Below are positions 1 through 12,115 of a stretch of DNA of 64,000 nucleotides, piece by piece; position 1 is the first letter of the stretch; the number at the start of each line of letters is the position of its first letter. Location: contig NIVC01002571.1 of assembly GCA_002269645.1 (NCBI GenBank), positions 62,001 through 126,000 of the forward strand. The letters are read 5' to 3'. The DNA comes from Macrostomum lignano. Its lineage: Eukaryota. The notes beneath the pieces were generated by a model. The model worked only from the letters and a program-made list of their open reading frames with translations. It did no database searches and had not been told where the DNA came from. The position numbers and the translations under genes were made by a program.

Positions 1-1
1 G

Positions 2-1912
2 CTCAGCCAGTGCCATCTGGCGATGCCGCACGGCCAGGAGCGGCGCCGTTTAGTTGAGCACTCGCTAGCCCTGCTGGACCAGTGGACTAAGCTATTCCCC
101 TACGATTTTCTTGGCCGGAAAATGTCCGAAGTTCTGCGCGCCCTGTGCGAATCGTTGGCGAGGGAGTCGACTGACGCCTCGAAGCGGCTGGCCGACCTGA
201 CCGCCTCCCTGCTGGCCCGACTCACGGCCGCTGCCCAGGCCGAGGCTGAGCTGCTTCGGCACTTTGAGGTCGGTCTCCGCCGCCTTCAGGAGCCGCCGTC
301 AGCAGGGGTGCAAGACGCCGTCGCGGGCCTGCTGGCCATCTGCTCGGACCCCGCCGTGCTGGCCGACCAGCTCACCATCGCCGAGCTCGAGCGGCTGCGT
401 CATCTTGGTCCGGAGGAGCTGCTGCAGAGCTTCTGCCAGGAGAATCCGCGAAGGCAGCCCGTGCTGTTGGAGGAGAAGAAGGTAAGAATTTTCTTTTCGC
501 TTTTTTTCAGTTTAGATTTGACAGTTTTCAGGTTAGATCTGTCAGTTTTCAGTTTAGATCTGTCAGTTTTTAGGTTCGATCTGTAATTATTCAGTTTAAA
601 TTAACTAGAGTTCAATTTAGATTCGCTACAGTTCAGTTTAGATTCGCTACAGTTCAGTTTAGATTCGCTACAGTTCAGTTTAGATTCGCTAGAGTTCAGT
701 TTAGATTCGCTAGAGTTCAGTTTAGATTCGCTAGAGTTCAATTTAGATTCGCTAGAGTTCAGTTTAGATTCGCTAGAGTTCAGTTTAGATTCGCTAGAGT
801 TCAATTTAGATTCGCTAGAGTTCAGTTTAGATTCGCTAGAGTTCAGTTTAGATTCGCTAGAGTTCAATTTAGATTCGCTAGAGTTCAGTTTAGATTCGCT
901 AGAGTTCAGTTTAGATTCGCTAGACTTCAGTTTAGATTCGCTAGACTTCAGTTTAGATTCACTAGAGTTCAGTTTAGATTCGCTAGACTTCAGTTTAGAT
1001 TTGCTAGAGTTCAGTTTAGATTCGCTACAGTTTAGTTTAGATTTGCTAGAGGTCAGTTTAGATTCGCTAGACTTTAGTTTAGATTCGCTACAGTTCAGTT
1101 TAGATTCGCTACAGTTCAGTTTAGATTCGCTAGAGTTCAGTTTAGATTTGCTAGAGTTCAGTTTAGATTCGCTATAGCCCAGTTTAGATCTACAAGGTAC
1201 CAGTCCAAAACTGGCACTCGCGAGTCCCTCGTCGCATTTGCAGGTGCACTTTCTCGAAGCCTACGCGCACTGGTTCAACCGGCTGAGCGCCCTGACCGCC
1301 ACGGAGGTGTGCACCCGACTGCGCAAGCGCGATCGAGTCCGGGCCGTCGACCAGCTGGTTGCCGCTGCCAACGCCTGCCTGCGCCAGCGCAACTTCAACT
1401 CGGCCATGGCCATCCTGGCCGGCCTCAGTCAAGCGCCGGTGGCGCGCCTTCGCCGAACCTGGACTCGGGCGGCGCCAGGCTGCGCCGAGCTCGAAGCCCA
1501 GCTGAGTCCGGCGCACAATTTCGGCGCCTACAGACGGCTGCTGGCCGAGGCTGCCGGCCGGCCGGCCGTGCCGTTCTTCAGCCTGCTGCTGCGGGACCTG
1601 TTCGCGCTGGGCGAGCTGACCGCCACCCGCCAGGCCAATGGCTACATTAACTTTCTCAAATGTCACGAGGCGGCCAGGCTGGTTGCTCAACTGCTGGCCT
1701 GGCGCGGCGCCGGCTCCGGGCCGGCGGTCAGGCGGCCTGAGGTGCAGGAGTGCCTGGCAACCCAGCCGGTGCTGTCCGGCCCGGCCCTGGCCTACGCCAG
1801 CTTCGAGTGCGAGCCGCCGGACACCGAGGCTGAGCGGGCGGCCTTCAGGCAGCTGAGGGAGCGCACGGTGCCGCCGTCCTATGCTACTCTGCGCGGCAAG
1901 AAGGCCAAGTGA
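2..1912 (+). CDS. RASGEF1: RasGEF domain-containing family member 1-like guanine nucleotide exchange factor, 3' part (5' end probably outside window)
   Basis: Exons <2-481 and 1244-1912 (AAG|GTAAGA ... TTGCAG|GTG, phase 0). The translation has CDC25-domain motifs matching RASGEF1 from memory: LEAYAHWFNRLS, NFNSAMAILAGLSQAPVARLRRTW, VPFFSLLLRDLF, NGYINFLKC, LAYASFECEPP. The upstream frame is open to position 2. Confidence 0.88.
500..1190. repeat. 21-bp intronic minisatellite (TTCAGTTTAGATTCGCTAGAG)n
   Basis: Directly visible, degenerate at the 5' edge. It produces the SESKLNS 7-aa repeat ORF 601-867 and fills the RASGEF1 intron. Confidence 0.95.
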
Positions 1913-2082
1913 TCGACCTGTATTTGGGCTCGCCGTCTGCAGCCTCGTGTCAGGGTGAAACTCAATCTGTTAACGGATCCTTCGAGTGTGTCTCAAACTA
2001 AATCATTCTGAAAACTCTTCACAAAACTACCCAAGAATCGTCTTGAACGCTAGGGCCTAACAGAAAATAGCCTCAAACTTTT

Positions 2083-2460
2083 CAGAGAATAGCCTCAAAA
2101 CTACCCAGAGAGTGGCCTCAAAACTACCCAGAGAATAGCCTCAAAACTACCCAGAGAATAGCCTCAAAACTACCCAGAGAATAGCCTCAAAACTACCCAG
2201 AGAATAGCCTCAAAACTACCCAGAGAATAGCCTCAAAACTACCCAGAGAATAGCCTCAAAACTACCCAGAGAATAGCCTCAAAACTACCCAGAGAATAGC
2301 CTCAAAACTACCCAGAGAATAGCCTCAAAACTACCCAGAGAATAGCCTCAAAACTACCCAGAGAATAGCCTCAAAACTACCCAGAGAATAGCCTCAAAAC
2401 TACCCAGAGAATAGCCTCAAAACTACCCAGAGAATAGCCTCAAAACTACCCAGAGAATAG
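2083..2460. repeat. 23-bp minisatellite (GAGAATAGCCTCAAAACTACCCA)n
   Basis: About 16 near-perfect copies downstream of the RASGEF1 stop. Confidence 0.95.
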
Positions 2461-2759
2461 AGTGGTCTCATAATCCCTATCATTTGCTGCTCATTCATTG
2501 ACATTTATTTTTAATCGCACTGTAAATTGAAAAATGAAATCTTTTTACCTCTGTGATGCATAGAATCCAAGTTGTGTTTCCAATGGATCAATTATTTGTG
2601 ATTTTAAAATTGTATTTTTATATATTATTCAACTTTAATCTAGCAATACAGTCATTCCCTGTCCGCCTGCTTCTGCTAATTTGTGCCTTGTTTTATTTCC
2701 TTAGATTTCTGTCTACAGAGTTATTGACTAACTGTTATTCCTGTGCTTATTGCTATATA

Positions 2760-4530
2760 CCTTAGTGTATTCAAGGGGTTCTTAGACACCCCTCATATCT
2801 CTGCATCTGTTCGACCGATTTTGATGATAATTTATACAAACATGGGTCTATATTTTGATGGATTCAGTGCTAGAGTTTCAGCTTGGTCGTATAGACAGAA
2901 CGAAAGCAATCGATCATTTACTGACGAACCTGCGAAAATAGCAATACGATTTTAAGCACATAACAAAACGTACAAGCAAAAGGGGCAAACGGTTCAAGTT
3001 GGCAAGTTCCCAAACTTCAAAAATCAGATCACCAATCATGAAAATCTTCGAAGTAATCACCGTTCCGTTGAATGCACTTGTCATACCGCATCGGCAGCTC
3101 TTCGATCCATCCTAACCACGTGTCTCTAGGAGTCGCTCTGATGAGCCCCTCAACAGCCGTTTGCAGCTCGGGGAAGCTTGCGAACCTCTTGCCTCTCAGC
3201 TGCGCCTTGACGTGTCCAAAAAGACCATAGTCAGACGGTGCCAAATCAGGCGAGTAGGGCGGATGCTGCCACTGCTGGAATCTGAGGCTGTCGATGTGAG
3301 AGCGAGTGAGGGCTGCCGAGTGCGGCCGGGCATTGTCGCAGTGCAGCAGGACGCCCTTGCGCACGATCCGACGCCGTTGCAGTAGCTCCTGTCTCAGCCT
3401 CGTGAGCTCGTCACAAAACCGCTCGCTGTTCTGTGTCTGGCCCTGGCCGTACCACGTGAACATGAGGGGCCCGCTCGCATCCCAAAAAACACTTAACATG
3501 ATCTTCTTGGGATAGGTGCCTGCGCTTTCGACGTCACCGCCGCCGCCGCCCCTCGGAAGCCAGGCCCTCGACTCCCGCCGGGAGAGTGGGTCGTACAGGG
3601 CAAACATGGACTCATCTTGAGTTACAAATCTGCTTTTGAACTCGTCTCCCAGAGCTGAAATTGCCGCCCTTTGTTGCAAGCAGACTTCGTATCGGCGATT
3701 TTTCTGCTCGGCAGTTAGCAGTCTTGGCACCCATCGAGAGACCAGCTTTGACAGACCAAGATGCTCGTGCAGAATTTGGAAGACCGAGCCACACGAAATC
3801 CCGGCGGCATTGGCCAACTCGTCAATAGTGATGTGGCCGTTTTCACTTACCAGCTCTTCGATCAGGATGGCACTGCTGTCGTTGACTGCAGTAGCTGGTC
3901 GGCCTGAACGTGGCTTGTCCTGCACGCTCATTTCGCCGTCCTTTCTCTTCCGGACCCAGTTCGCGACGGTTGCTCGACAGCAGGCATCATCTCCAAAACG
4001 GCTGACTAATCTCTGGTGGATAGTGTTCACGGACATGCCTTCGTCCGCAAAAGCAAAAACGATCAGGCGCTGCGAAACTTTATCGCCATATGCACTAGCC
4101 ATTCTTAAACCATCTGAGGTTGGTTCTGCATCTCAGCATTTCAATCTGACGTTCATTCTGCGCACTCAGTCTAATGCTGCCTACTGCTTTGTTCTATCTT
4201 TTTTTGTTTATGGCTAAACCCTCACAGCTTGAAAGTAATGATTAATCAATACTCACCGAAAGCTTTTATTCCTCTAAAAACAAGCTGCGATTTCACAACC
4301 CCCCCCAGTTTAGTGAGGTCCAGATCCGATGCTGTTCAAAATCGTATTGCTAATTTCGTGGGTTCGTCAGTAAATGATCGATTGCTTTCGTTCTGTCTAT
4401 ACGACCAGGCTGAAACTCTAGCACTGAATTAATCAAATATAGACCCATGTTTGTATAAATTCTCATCAAAATCGGTCAAACAGATGCAGAGATATGAGGG
4501 GTGTCTAAGAACTTTTTGAATGCACTAAGG
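2760..4530 (-). mobile_element. Full-length Tc1/mariner DNA transposon (DD34D mariner) with long imperfect TIRs
   Basis: TIRs at about 2760-2953 and 4337-4530 (CCTTAGTG(T/C)ATTCAA...GCAATACGATTTT, roughly 93% identical by eye). Flanked by TA at 2758-2759 and 4531-4532. Internal transposase ORF. Confidence 0.95.
3029..4102 (-). CDS. Mariner transposase, 357 aa, uninterrupted
   Basis: N-terminal HTH with PRSGRP, WVPRLL motif, and catalytic triad TQDES / HCDNARPH / YSPDLAPSDY. There are 34 residues between the 2nd and 3rd Asp (counted). Confidence 0.95.
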   Translation of the reverse strand: MASAYGDKVSQRLIVFAFADEGMSVNTIHQRLVSRFGDDACCRATVANWVRKRKDGEMSVQDKPRSGRPATAVNDSSAILIEELVSENGHITIDELANAAGISCGSVFQILHEHLGLSKLVSRWVPRLLTAEQKNRRYEVCLQQRAAISALGDEFKSRFVTQDESMFALYDPLSRRESRAWLPRGGGGGDVESAGTYPKKIMLSVFWDASGPLMFTWYGQGQTQNSERFCDELTRLRQELLQRRRIVRKGVLLHCDNARPHSAALTRSHIDSLRFQQWQHPPYSPDLAPSDYGLFGHVKAQLRGKRFASFPELQTAVEGLIRATPRDTWLGWIEELPMRYDKCIQRNGDYFEDFHDW

Positions 4531-4854
4531 TATTATTATAAAAATCTGTTTATAGCGACTTGCCAATAATTTCTGGCGCATCTCTTGGTTAATGGGCTGA
4601 AACAGCGCTTCATAATTAATAGTTAATGTACACAGAGTTTGCCTGATTGTTGCTCTCTACATTCTTGAATTGAATAACTCGTTTGTGTCTGGTGAATGCC
4701 GACCATTTTTAATAGTAACGAGCTAAATTGTACTTTTTTCTATATTAAAATTTGCCTTCAGTTTCATTTCGTACCTAGAGTTCGTAACGGTAAAGAACAA
4801 AACTGAATCTTTATTTATATTTTAATTACATTTGTGTATTAAGTAGAAAAACTT

Positions 4855-5970
4855 TATGTAGGATGGAGTCTGAATGTACAAGCGTACATTGGGTGCAGGG
4901 ATTGTGGGGCAGGATGGAGTCTGAATGTACATTGGGTGCAGGGATTGTGGGGCAGGATGGAGTCTGAATGTACATTGGGTGCAGGGATTGTGGGGCAGGA
5001 TGGAGTCTGAATGTACATTGGGTGCAGGGATTGTGGGGCAGGATGGAGTCTGAATGTACATTGGGTGCAGGGATTGTGGGGCAGGATGGAGTCTGAATGT
5101 ACATTGAGTGCAGGGATTGTGGGGCAGGATGGAGTCTGAATGTACATTGGGTGCAGGGATTGTGGGGCAGGATGGAGTCTGAATGTACATTGGGTGCAGG
5201 GATTGTGGGGCAGGATGGAGTCTGAATGTACATTGGGTGCAGGGATTGTGGGGCAGGATGGAGTCTGAATGTACATTGAGTGCAGGGATTGTGGGGCAGG
5301 ATGGAGTCTGAATGTACATTGGGTGCAGGGATTGTGGGGCAGGATGGAGTCTGAATGTACATTGGGTGCAGGGATTGTGGGGCAGGATGGAGTCTGAATG
5401 TACATTGGATGCAGGGATTGTGGGGCAGGATGGAGTCTGAATGTACATTGGGTGCAGGGATTGTGGGGCAGGATGGAGTCTGAATGTACATTGGGTGCAG
5501 GGATTGTGGGGCAGGATGGAGTCTGAATGTACATTGGGTGCAGGGATTGTGGGGCAGGATGGAGTCTGAATGTACATTGGGTGCAGGGATTGTGGGGCAG
5601 GATGGAGTCTGAATGTACATTGGGTGCAGGGATTGTGGGGCAGGATGGAGTCTGAATGTACATTGGGTGCAGGGATTGTGGGGCAGGATGGAGTCTGAAT
5701 GTACATTGGGTGCAGGGATTGTGGGGCAGGATGGAGTCTGAATGTACATTGGGTGCAGGGATTGTGGGGCAGGATGGAGTCTGAATGTACATTGGGTGCA
5801 GGGATTGTGGGGTAGGATGGAGTCTTAATGTACATTGGGTGCAGGGATTGTGGATAGGATGGAGTCTGAATGTACATTGGGTGTAGGAATTGTGTGATAT
5901 GATGGAGTCTGAATGTACGCTCGTACATAACATAGAATGCGGGGATTTTGGGATAGGATGGAGTCGGAAT
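4855..5970. repeat. 43-bp minisatellite (GGGTGCAGGGATTGTGGGGCAGGATGGAGTCTGAATGTACATT)n
   Basis: About 25 nearly identical copies with no spacers, ending just before the SLC35B4 acceptor at 6010. Confidence 0.95.
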
Positions 5971-6010
5971 TAACAATACAATTATTCTTAATATTCGCTA
6001 CTTTCTGCAG

Positions 6011-8360
6011 CAGTCTTCGCAGCCGCAGTCGTCATTATCGCCGGCGGCCCTCGTGGGCATCGGCATGGTGTTTGCCGGCTGCTGCTCGAACGTGTTCTTC
6101 CTGGAGCTGATCATCAAGGAGGCCCCTAGCAGCGGCAATATTGTCACATTCTTTCAGTTCTTGTTCATTGCGGCGCACGGTTTTGTAACTACGGCCAAGT
6201 TTGGCCGGGCCAGGCGGGCCATTCCGCTGTCCTACTACGCGCTCATGGTGTCCATGTTCTTCGTAGTCCAGGTGGTGAACAACTATGCGCTTAATTTCAA
6301 CATCTCTATGCCTTTGCACATGATTTTCAGGTAAATGAGTGCGAAATTTAAATCAGCGCGGTTTTTGTTAAGTTTCAATCAAGTTTCGTGTTTGAGGTTT
6401 CGGGGTTGTGAGGTTTTGGGTCTGTGAGGTTTTGGGTGTGTGAGAATTTGGGTCTGCGAGGTTTCGGGTCTGTGATGTGTCGGGTCTGTGAGGTTTTGGG
6501 TGTGTGAGAATTTGGGTCTGTAAGGTTTCGGGTCTGTGAGGTTTTGGGTGTGTGAGAATTTGGGTCTGTGAGGTTTCGGATCTGTGATGTGTCGGGTCTG
6601 TGAGGTTTTGGGTGTGTGAGAATTTGGGTCTGTGAGGTTTCGGGTCTGTGATTTGTCGGGTCTGTGAGGTTTTGGGTGTGTGAGAATTTGGGTCTGTGAG
6701 GTTTCGGGTCTGTGATTTGTCGGGTCTGTGAGGTTTTGGGTGTGTGAGAATTTGGGTCTGTGAGGTTTCGGGTCTGTGATTTGTCGGGTCTGTGAGGTTT
6801 TGGGTGTGTGAGAATTTGGGTCTGTGAGGTTTCGGATCTGTGATGTGTCGGGTCTGTGAGGTTTTGGGTGTGTGAGAATTTGGGTCTGTGAGGTTTCGGG
6901 TCTGTGATTTGTCGGGTCTGTGAGGTTTTGGGTGTGTGAGAATTTGGGTCTGTGAGGTTTCGGATCTGTGATGTGTCGGGTCTGTGAGGTTTTGGGTGTG
7001 TGAGAATTTGGGTCTGTGAGGTTTCGGGTCTGTGATTTGTCGGGTCTGTGAGGTTTTGGGTGTGTGAGAATTTGGGTCTGTGAGTTTTCGGGTTTGTGGA
7101 CTTTCGAAACTGCGGAATTTTTATTTAGATAGTGATTTGTACTCATAAATTCCCGTGACTTTTGAAATTTCCACCCGCCCAGGTCCGGCTCCCTCATGGC
7201 CAACCTCGTGCTTGGCGTGCTCATTCTCAACAAGTCCTACCCGCTGTCCAAGTACGCCTCTGTGCTGGTCATCACGGCCGGCATAGTGGTCTGCACCATC
7301 GAGTCCGCCTCCGATGCCCGGCGACCGCCAGCTGACGAGGCCGAAGCCGCCGCCGCCGCCTCCGAACAGGTGGAACTGCTGCGCTGGTGTCTGGGCGTCC
7401 TCATGCTGGTGTTCGCGCTGTTCATGTCCGCTCGGATGGGCATTTTTCAGGTTCGTTTGCGCGCTGCCTGGCCTGGCAGTTGGTCTGACAGTGGGGTACA
7501 ATGCCGCTTACTGTGGAGTGGATTCCCCATGCCAGTGAAGTAGATTCGCCGGTCAGGGAAGTAGATTCCTCGGACAGGGAATTAGATTTCCGGACAGTGA
7601 ATTAGATTCCCGGACAGTGAATTAGATTCCCGGACAGTGAATTAGATTCCCAGACAGTAAATTAGATTCCCGGACAGTAAATTAGATTCCCGGACAGGGA
7701 ATTAGATTCCCGGACAGGGAATTGGATTCCCGGACAGTGAATTAGATTCCCGGACAGTGAAGTAGATTCCCGGACAGTGAAGTAGATTCCCGGACAGTGA
7801 ATTAGATTCCCGGACAGGGAATTAGATTCCCGGGCAGTGAATTGATTTGAGTCCCAATCTGTCAGGCAGTCCCCGGGAGATCCCAGGTGCACAGGGGAAT
7901 AACCAGTCAGTGACCGCACCGCCGCCAGGAGGAGACGTACCGCAAGTACGGCAAGCACCCGGACGAGTCGCTATTCTACAATCATTGCCTGCCACTGCCC
8001 GGCTTCCTGCTGCTCAGCGCCGACATCTGGCAGCACGTGCGGCTGTTCAGCGAGTCGGCGCCAATGTGGCCGCTGCCAGTGCCAAGGCTGTGGGTGTGGC
8101 TAGCCGGCAATGTGCTCACCCAATACCTGTGCATCAGGGGCGTGTTCATTCTCACTACGGAGTGCTCATCGCTCACCGTCACTCTAGTTGTCACTCTGCG
8201 CAAATTTAGCAGCCTGATATTCTCAATATTTTATTTTAATAACAGATTTACTGGCATGCACTGGCTGGGCACTATTTGCGTGTTCGGCGGTACACTGATC
8301 TTCACTGAGACTCACCAGCGACTGCGGAATCTGCTGCTGGACAATCGGAAGAAAAGCTGA
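6011..8360 (+). CDS. SLC35B4: UDP-xylose/UDP-GlcNAc nucleotide-sugar transporter SLC35B4 (start exon not found)
   Basis: Exons 6011-6330, 7183-7450 and 7929-8360 with GT-AG, phases 2 and 0. Motifs VFAGCCSNVFFLE, GNIVTFFQFLFIA, NNYALNFNISMPLHMIFR|SGSLMAN, SARMGIFQ|EETYRKYGKH, QYLCIRGVFILTTECSSLTVTLVVTLRKF match SLC35B4. Confidence 0.93.
6390..7095. repeat. Composite ~64-bp minisatellite built of 16-bp subunits (GGGTCTGTGAGGTTTT-like), SLC35B4 intron
   Basis: Directly visible alternation of four related 16-mers. Confidence 0.9.
7540..7845. repeat. 20-bp minisatellite (TAGATTCCCGGACAGTGAAT)n, SLC35B4 intron
   Basis: Directly visible. Confidence 0.92.
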
Positions 8361-9069
8361 TTTTAAACCGAACTGCGAATAGTGCCAATCTCTTGCTTCT
8401 AGATTGATAAACATATATCGGTCACTTTTCTCGGCACTACGTAGTCTGAGGAATTCCCCTTTGACAGGTTTTCATTGGCCTATGAAGAGAAACTTCAGCT
8501 TAGGCTCTGGCCTCGTAAGTGTCCAAGCCATATTCAAGTCGTGCGCTTTAAATCCACTCTCTGCTTCAAATCCGACAAGTTATCGACTGCGGCCGGTTTT
8601 GTCCGGAAGAAAATTAGCGCAAGAGCCTAGAGAGAAGGGCTAGCTATCTTATAGTTATTTGTAACCTGTTTTTATACTACTACTCTTAGTAGCACTATCA
8701 GATAGTAGTTTAGGTAGATTTTTTAATCACCATACATAATTTCCTGCATAGTTTGTTTTTCCTCTACTTCTTACTGAATACTTCTAGTAGGTAGCTAGTG
8801 CGGATGAGCCAGATTTTCTGGTGCTTTTCTACTTATTTTTGACTTTATTCTCTGGCTTTGTTGTTTGTTGGTGCGTACTAAATAACTGTTCAGCTTGATT
8901 TGGTTGATTTAGCAGTCGCATTCCCGCAAGGTGAGACACTATAACAACTTGATAGGCCACTCAGGCTTCGTATTGTGCAGCCCGTAATGTAAATTGTCAC
9001 TGACAATGTACATGCCAGTTTTAGGCTGTAGCATCGAAGAGGGCAATAAAAATTGAGTGGTGGGACGGG

Positions 9070-9385
9070 GGTAGAGGTTTTGGGTGAAGAGACGCGATCG
9101 GAGGTGTTCAGGAGGGCAATAAAAATTAGGGCCCGTAGAAGTTTTGGGTGAAGAGACGCGATCGGAGGGGTTCAGGAGGGCAATAAAAATTAGGGCCCGT
9201 AGAAGTTTTGGGTGAAGAGACGCGATCGGAGGGTTCAGGAGGGCAATAAAAATTAGGGCCCGTAGAAGTTTTGGGTGAAGAGACGCGATCGGAGGGGTTC
9301 AGGAGGGCAATAAAAATTAGGGCCCGTAGAAGTTTTGGGTGAAGAGACGCGATCGGAGGGGTTCAGGAGGGCAATAAAAATTGGG
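9070..9385. repeat. ~64-bp tandem repeat, about 5 copies
   Basis: GGGCAATAAAAATTAGGGCCCGTAGAAGTTTTGGGTGAAGAGACGCGATCGGAGGGGTTCAGGA recurs at about 64-bp spacing (9114, 9178...). Confidence 0.9.
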
Positions 9386-10309
9386 GGGAGCGGGGTAAGA
9401 GGGCACTAAATGAGTCTCGTCTTAAATGAATTGCATTAAAATGCCTCTATTTAAACTGTCTACTGAACTGAAAGTAGCTTATGCGCAAATGTGCTGAGTG
9501 GTTCATCTAGTTATTATAGCTCGTAGTATTTGTGACAGCGCTGGCTTATTAAGACCGTAATGCTAGGTTATGTTTTTATATTTGTTTAACCTGATCTCTC
9601 CTCAAAATCTTCTCAGCCAGAGGGCCGTATGTTCACAATCAACTGAGCTGTGTATGAGCCAAGACAACCGACCGTTCTTAATTGCTTCTATTTCTGATAA
9701 ATTGTCGTTTAGCATTCTATTAGATTTTTAAACCTATTTCTATTCTGCTCTTTTATTATGACTGTCTGCGCAATGTTCTGTTGTTAAGCGACTTCGCTTG
9801 CTTATTATAGACCTGTTATTTAAATTGGAAATACCATATATCAAAGCTATATATAATATATATAGCTACAAGCCTATATAATATATCAAAGACACTTTCT
9901 ACTATAGGCTAGTAAATATATGATTCCTTAGATAGGCTTGTTTTGCCAAAGCCCGTGTCGATTCGAAAAAAAATTTTTAAAGGCAGCGACCTTATATATT
10001 GATTCGGCCTAACATAGGCATTTGTTATTTTTATTTTTCACACTGGACTAAGGGAGTTTTTCTGTTGCAAACAGGAAATATATCGATCTCTCAAATCTTG
10101 CCGGTTGCCGCATGGGGAGTGGAGGTTGAAGACAAGCGTCTGTTCAAATGTAATCAAGCAGGCTGAAAGCTTCAGTATGCACACACGAGGTTGCCGCGTG
10201 ATTGTATGTCTATGCTTGGATCAGGGGTCGGCCTTCCACGAAGCCTCTCTATCCGGCCCTTGGGTCCTTTGAAACTTCACTATGGCAACTCGGCCTGCTC
10301 AGGGTTTTT

Positions 10310-10695
10310 CTCTCAGCTCTTCTCGCCTCCCCCTTCTCTATCCCCTCTCTCCCTTCTCTCTCTCCCTTCTCTCTCTCGCTTCTCTATCCCCTCTCTCCCT
10401 TCTCTCTCTCGCTTCTCTATCCCCTCTCTCCCTTCTCTCTCTCCCTCTCTCTCCCTTCTCTAGCTCCTGTCCTTTCTCCCTCCCTCTCTCCTTTGTCTCC
10501 CTCTCTCTGCCTTCTCTCTCTCGCCTCTCCCCTCTCTCTATCTCCCTTCTCTCCCCCTCTCTTCACTTTCCTCTCTTCCCTCTTCCCCTCTTTTGTCCTC
10601 CCTCTCTCTCGCTTTTTATCTCTTCTCTTACAATGCTCCTTTCTCTTCTATTTCCTCTTCTATCTCTCCTCTATTCCCCTCTCCTTTCCTCTTAC
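10310..10695. repeat. CT-rich low-complexity / microsatellite tract
   Basis: Almost pure C/T; explains the Ser/Leu/Pro-rich ORFs 10191-10767. Confidence 0.9.
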
Positions 10696-10954
10696 ATGTG
10701 GCCCGCAGGCAGAGCTGGATACTTCAGGTTTAGTTTCCTGTTGACTATCATAGCTAAGGCAGGTTAACTTATATTGGGGATTTGTTCATGCAATCTACTG
10801 TCGGAATACCACTTTTCTACACTAATTTAAGATTTTTTCGAACCTATTCGTGGTATTTAAATACCACGGTTTTCTATTCAAAAGGCATTAGATAGATAGG
10901 AAGTTTTCTGTTTTTTTTAGCACTGAATTACCAATATCTGCCCTTCTGCATGGA

Positions 10955-11215
10955 CTTCCGAATTCGAAACCAAGCAATTCGTCTTCGAACCAAGGACTAC
11001 AAAAGTAGAAGGACGGGAAAACTCGGTCGTTTCTTGGGAAATTTTAGGAGACAGATTTTTAAATAAAAAAGTACACTACACGGAGATAGAATGAAAAGGA
11101 CTTTCTACCCCCTAGTGTATTTTTATCGAAAAAACCGGCCTTAATTTTCCAAGAAATGAGGTTTCCCTTCCTTCTACTTGTGTAGTCCTTGCTTGGAATC
11201 CGTAGCGAGAAATTC
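10955..11215. mobile_element. MITE-like element with imperfect ~60-bp inverted arms
   Basis: 10991-11048 (CAAGGACTACAAAAGTAGAAGGACGGGAAAACTC...TTTCTTGGGAAATTTTAGG) is the approximate reverse complement of 11138-11196. No TSD was resolved. Confidence 0.45.
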
Positions 11216-11699
11216 GAGGAATTTGAAGAAATGTTTTGTGTTAAAAAGTTTTCTTGCAATATGCGCGTCAGCTACTGAATTAAAGAGTAGTTTATGGCCT
11301 GTGCACTGAATGACGCATCGTATTGAATCTATATACTAGTGTAATCTTTTATTGTAAATAAAGTTCAAAATTAAGGTTCAAGAAACAGATTTTTAGAATC
11401 GTCACGTTTTCTCGGAAAGATGCGAGTAAATAACGTCCGAGAACAGGATAAACGGTTATTTATTGTTTAACCAATAGCATCAATCTGCGATATTGCTCTT
11501 AGAGAAACCGATAATTTAAAGGGTGTGGCGTAGTACTAAAATTGGCTAGTATATTATCTCCTAACTATGAAGCATAGAATTACTATTTCTGTTAATGGCA
11601 TAGCATTCTCATTACTGACTATTTTCCGTAGGGTAAAACCATTTTCAAACTAATATTAAACTGAAAGGGAGAACAAAAATCGCGATCAAATATCGAGCC

Positions 11700-12115
11700 C
11701 AGGTGATGCTGACAGGGAGGATGAGGCTGACAGGGAAGGATGATGCTGAAAGGGAGGATGAGGCTGACTGGGAAGGATGATGCTGACAGGGAGGATGAGG
11801 CTGACAGGGAAGGATGAGGCTGACAGGGGAGGATGAGGCTGACAGTGAAGGATGATGCTGACAGGGGAGGATGAGGCTGACAGGGGAGGATGAGGCTGAC
11901 AGGGGAGGATGAGGCTGACAGGGGAGGATGAGGCTGACAGAATAGGTATGATGCTGACCAGGGAGGATGAGGCTGACAGGGAGGATGAGGCTGACAGGGA
12001 GGATGAGGCTGACAGGGAAGGATGAGGCTGACAGGGGAGGATGAGGCTGACAGAATAGGTATGATGCTGACCAGGGAGGATGAGGCTGACAGGGGAGGAT
12101 GAGGCTGACAGGGGG
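11700..12115. repeat. 19-20-bp minisatellite (GAGGATGAGGCTGACAGGG[G])n
   Basis: Directly visible; lies just 3' of the stop of the minus-strand gene at 12228. Confidence 0.9.

Noticed and set aside
1190-1690. Antisense or alternative-frame ORFs over GC-rich exons (e.g. 1190-1690, 3636-4217, 17570-18331, 50651-51172)
   Set aside because: They are shadows of real coding sequence with no recognisable motifs.
4855-5970. CRISPR-like regular arrays (43-bp units here and at 56475-58203)
   Set aside because: The units are head-to-tail with no unique spacers, there are no cas genes, and the context is eukaryotic.
4822-5976. Long 300-380 aa ORFs, with similar ones at 601-867, 6379-7233, 12358-13206, 13299-13962, 32239-32928, 41976-43588, 43658-44659, 48934-49967 and 52067-53185
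   Set aside because: They are translations of stop-free tandem repeats, usually open in several frames at once, and most lie inside introns of well-supported genes.
10191-10767. Ser/Leu/Pro-rich ORFs (also 53604-54371 and the TDRQ/VCLS ORFs)
   Set aside because: They arise from CT or ACAG microsatellites.
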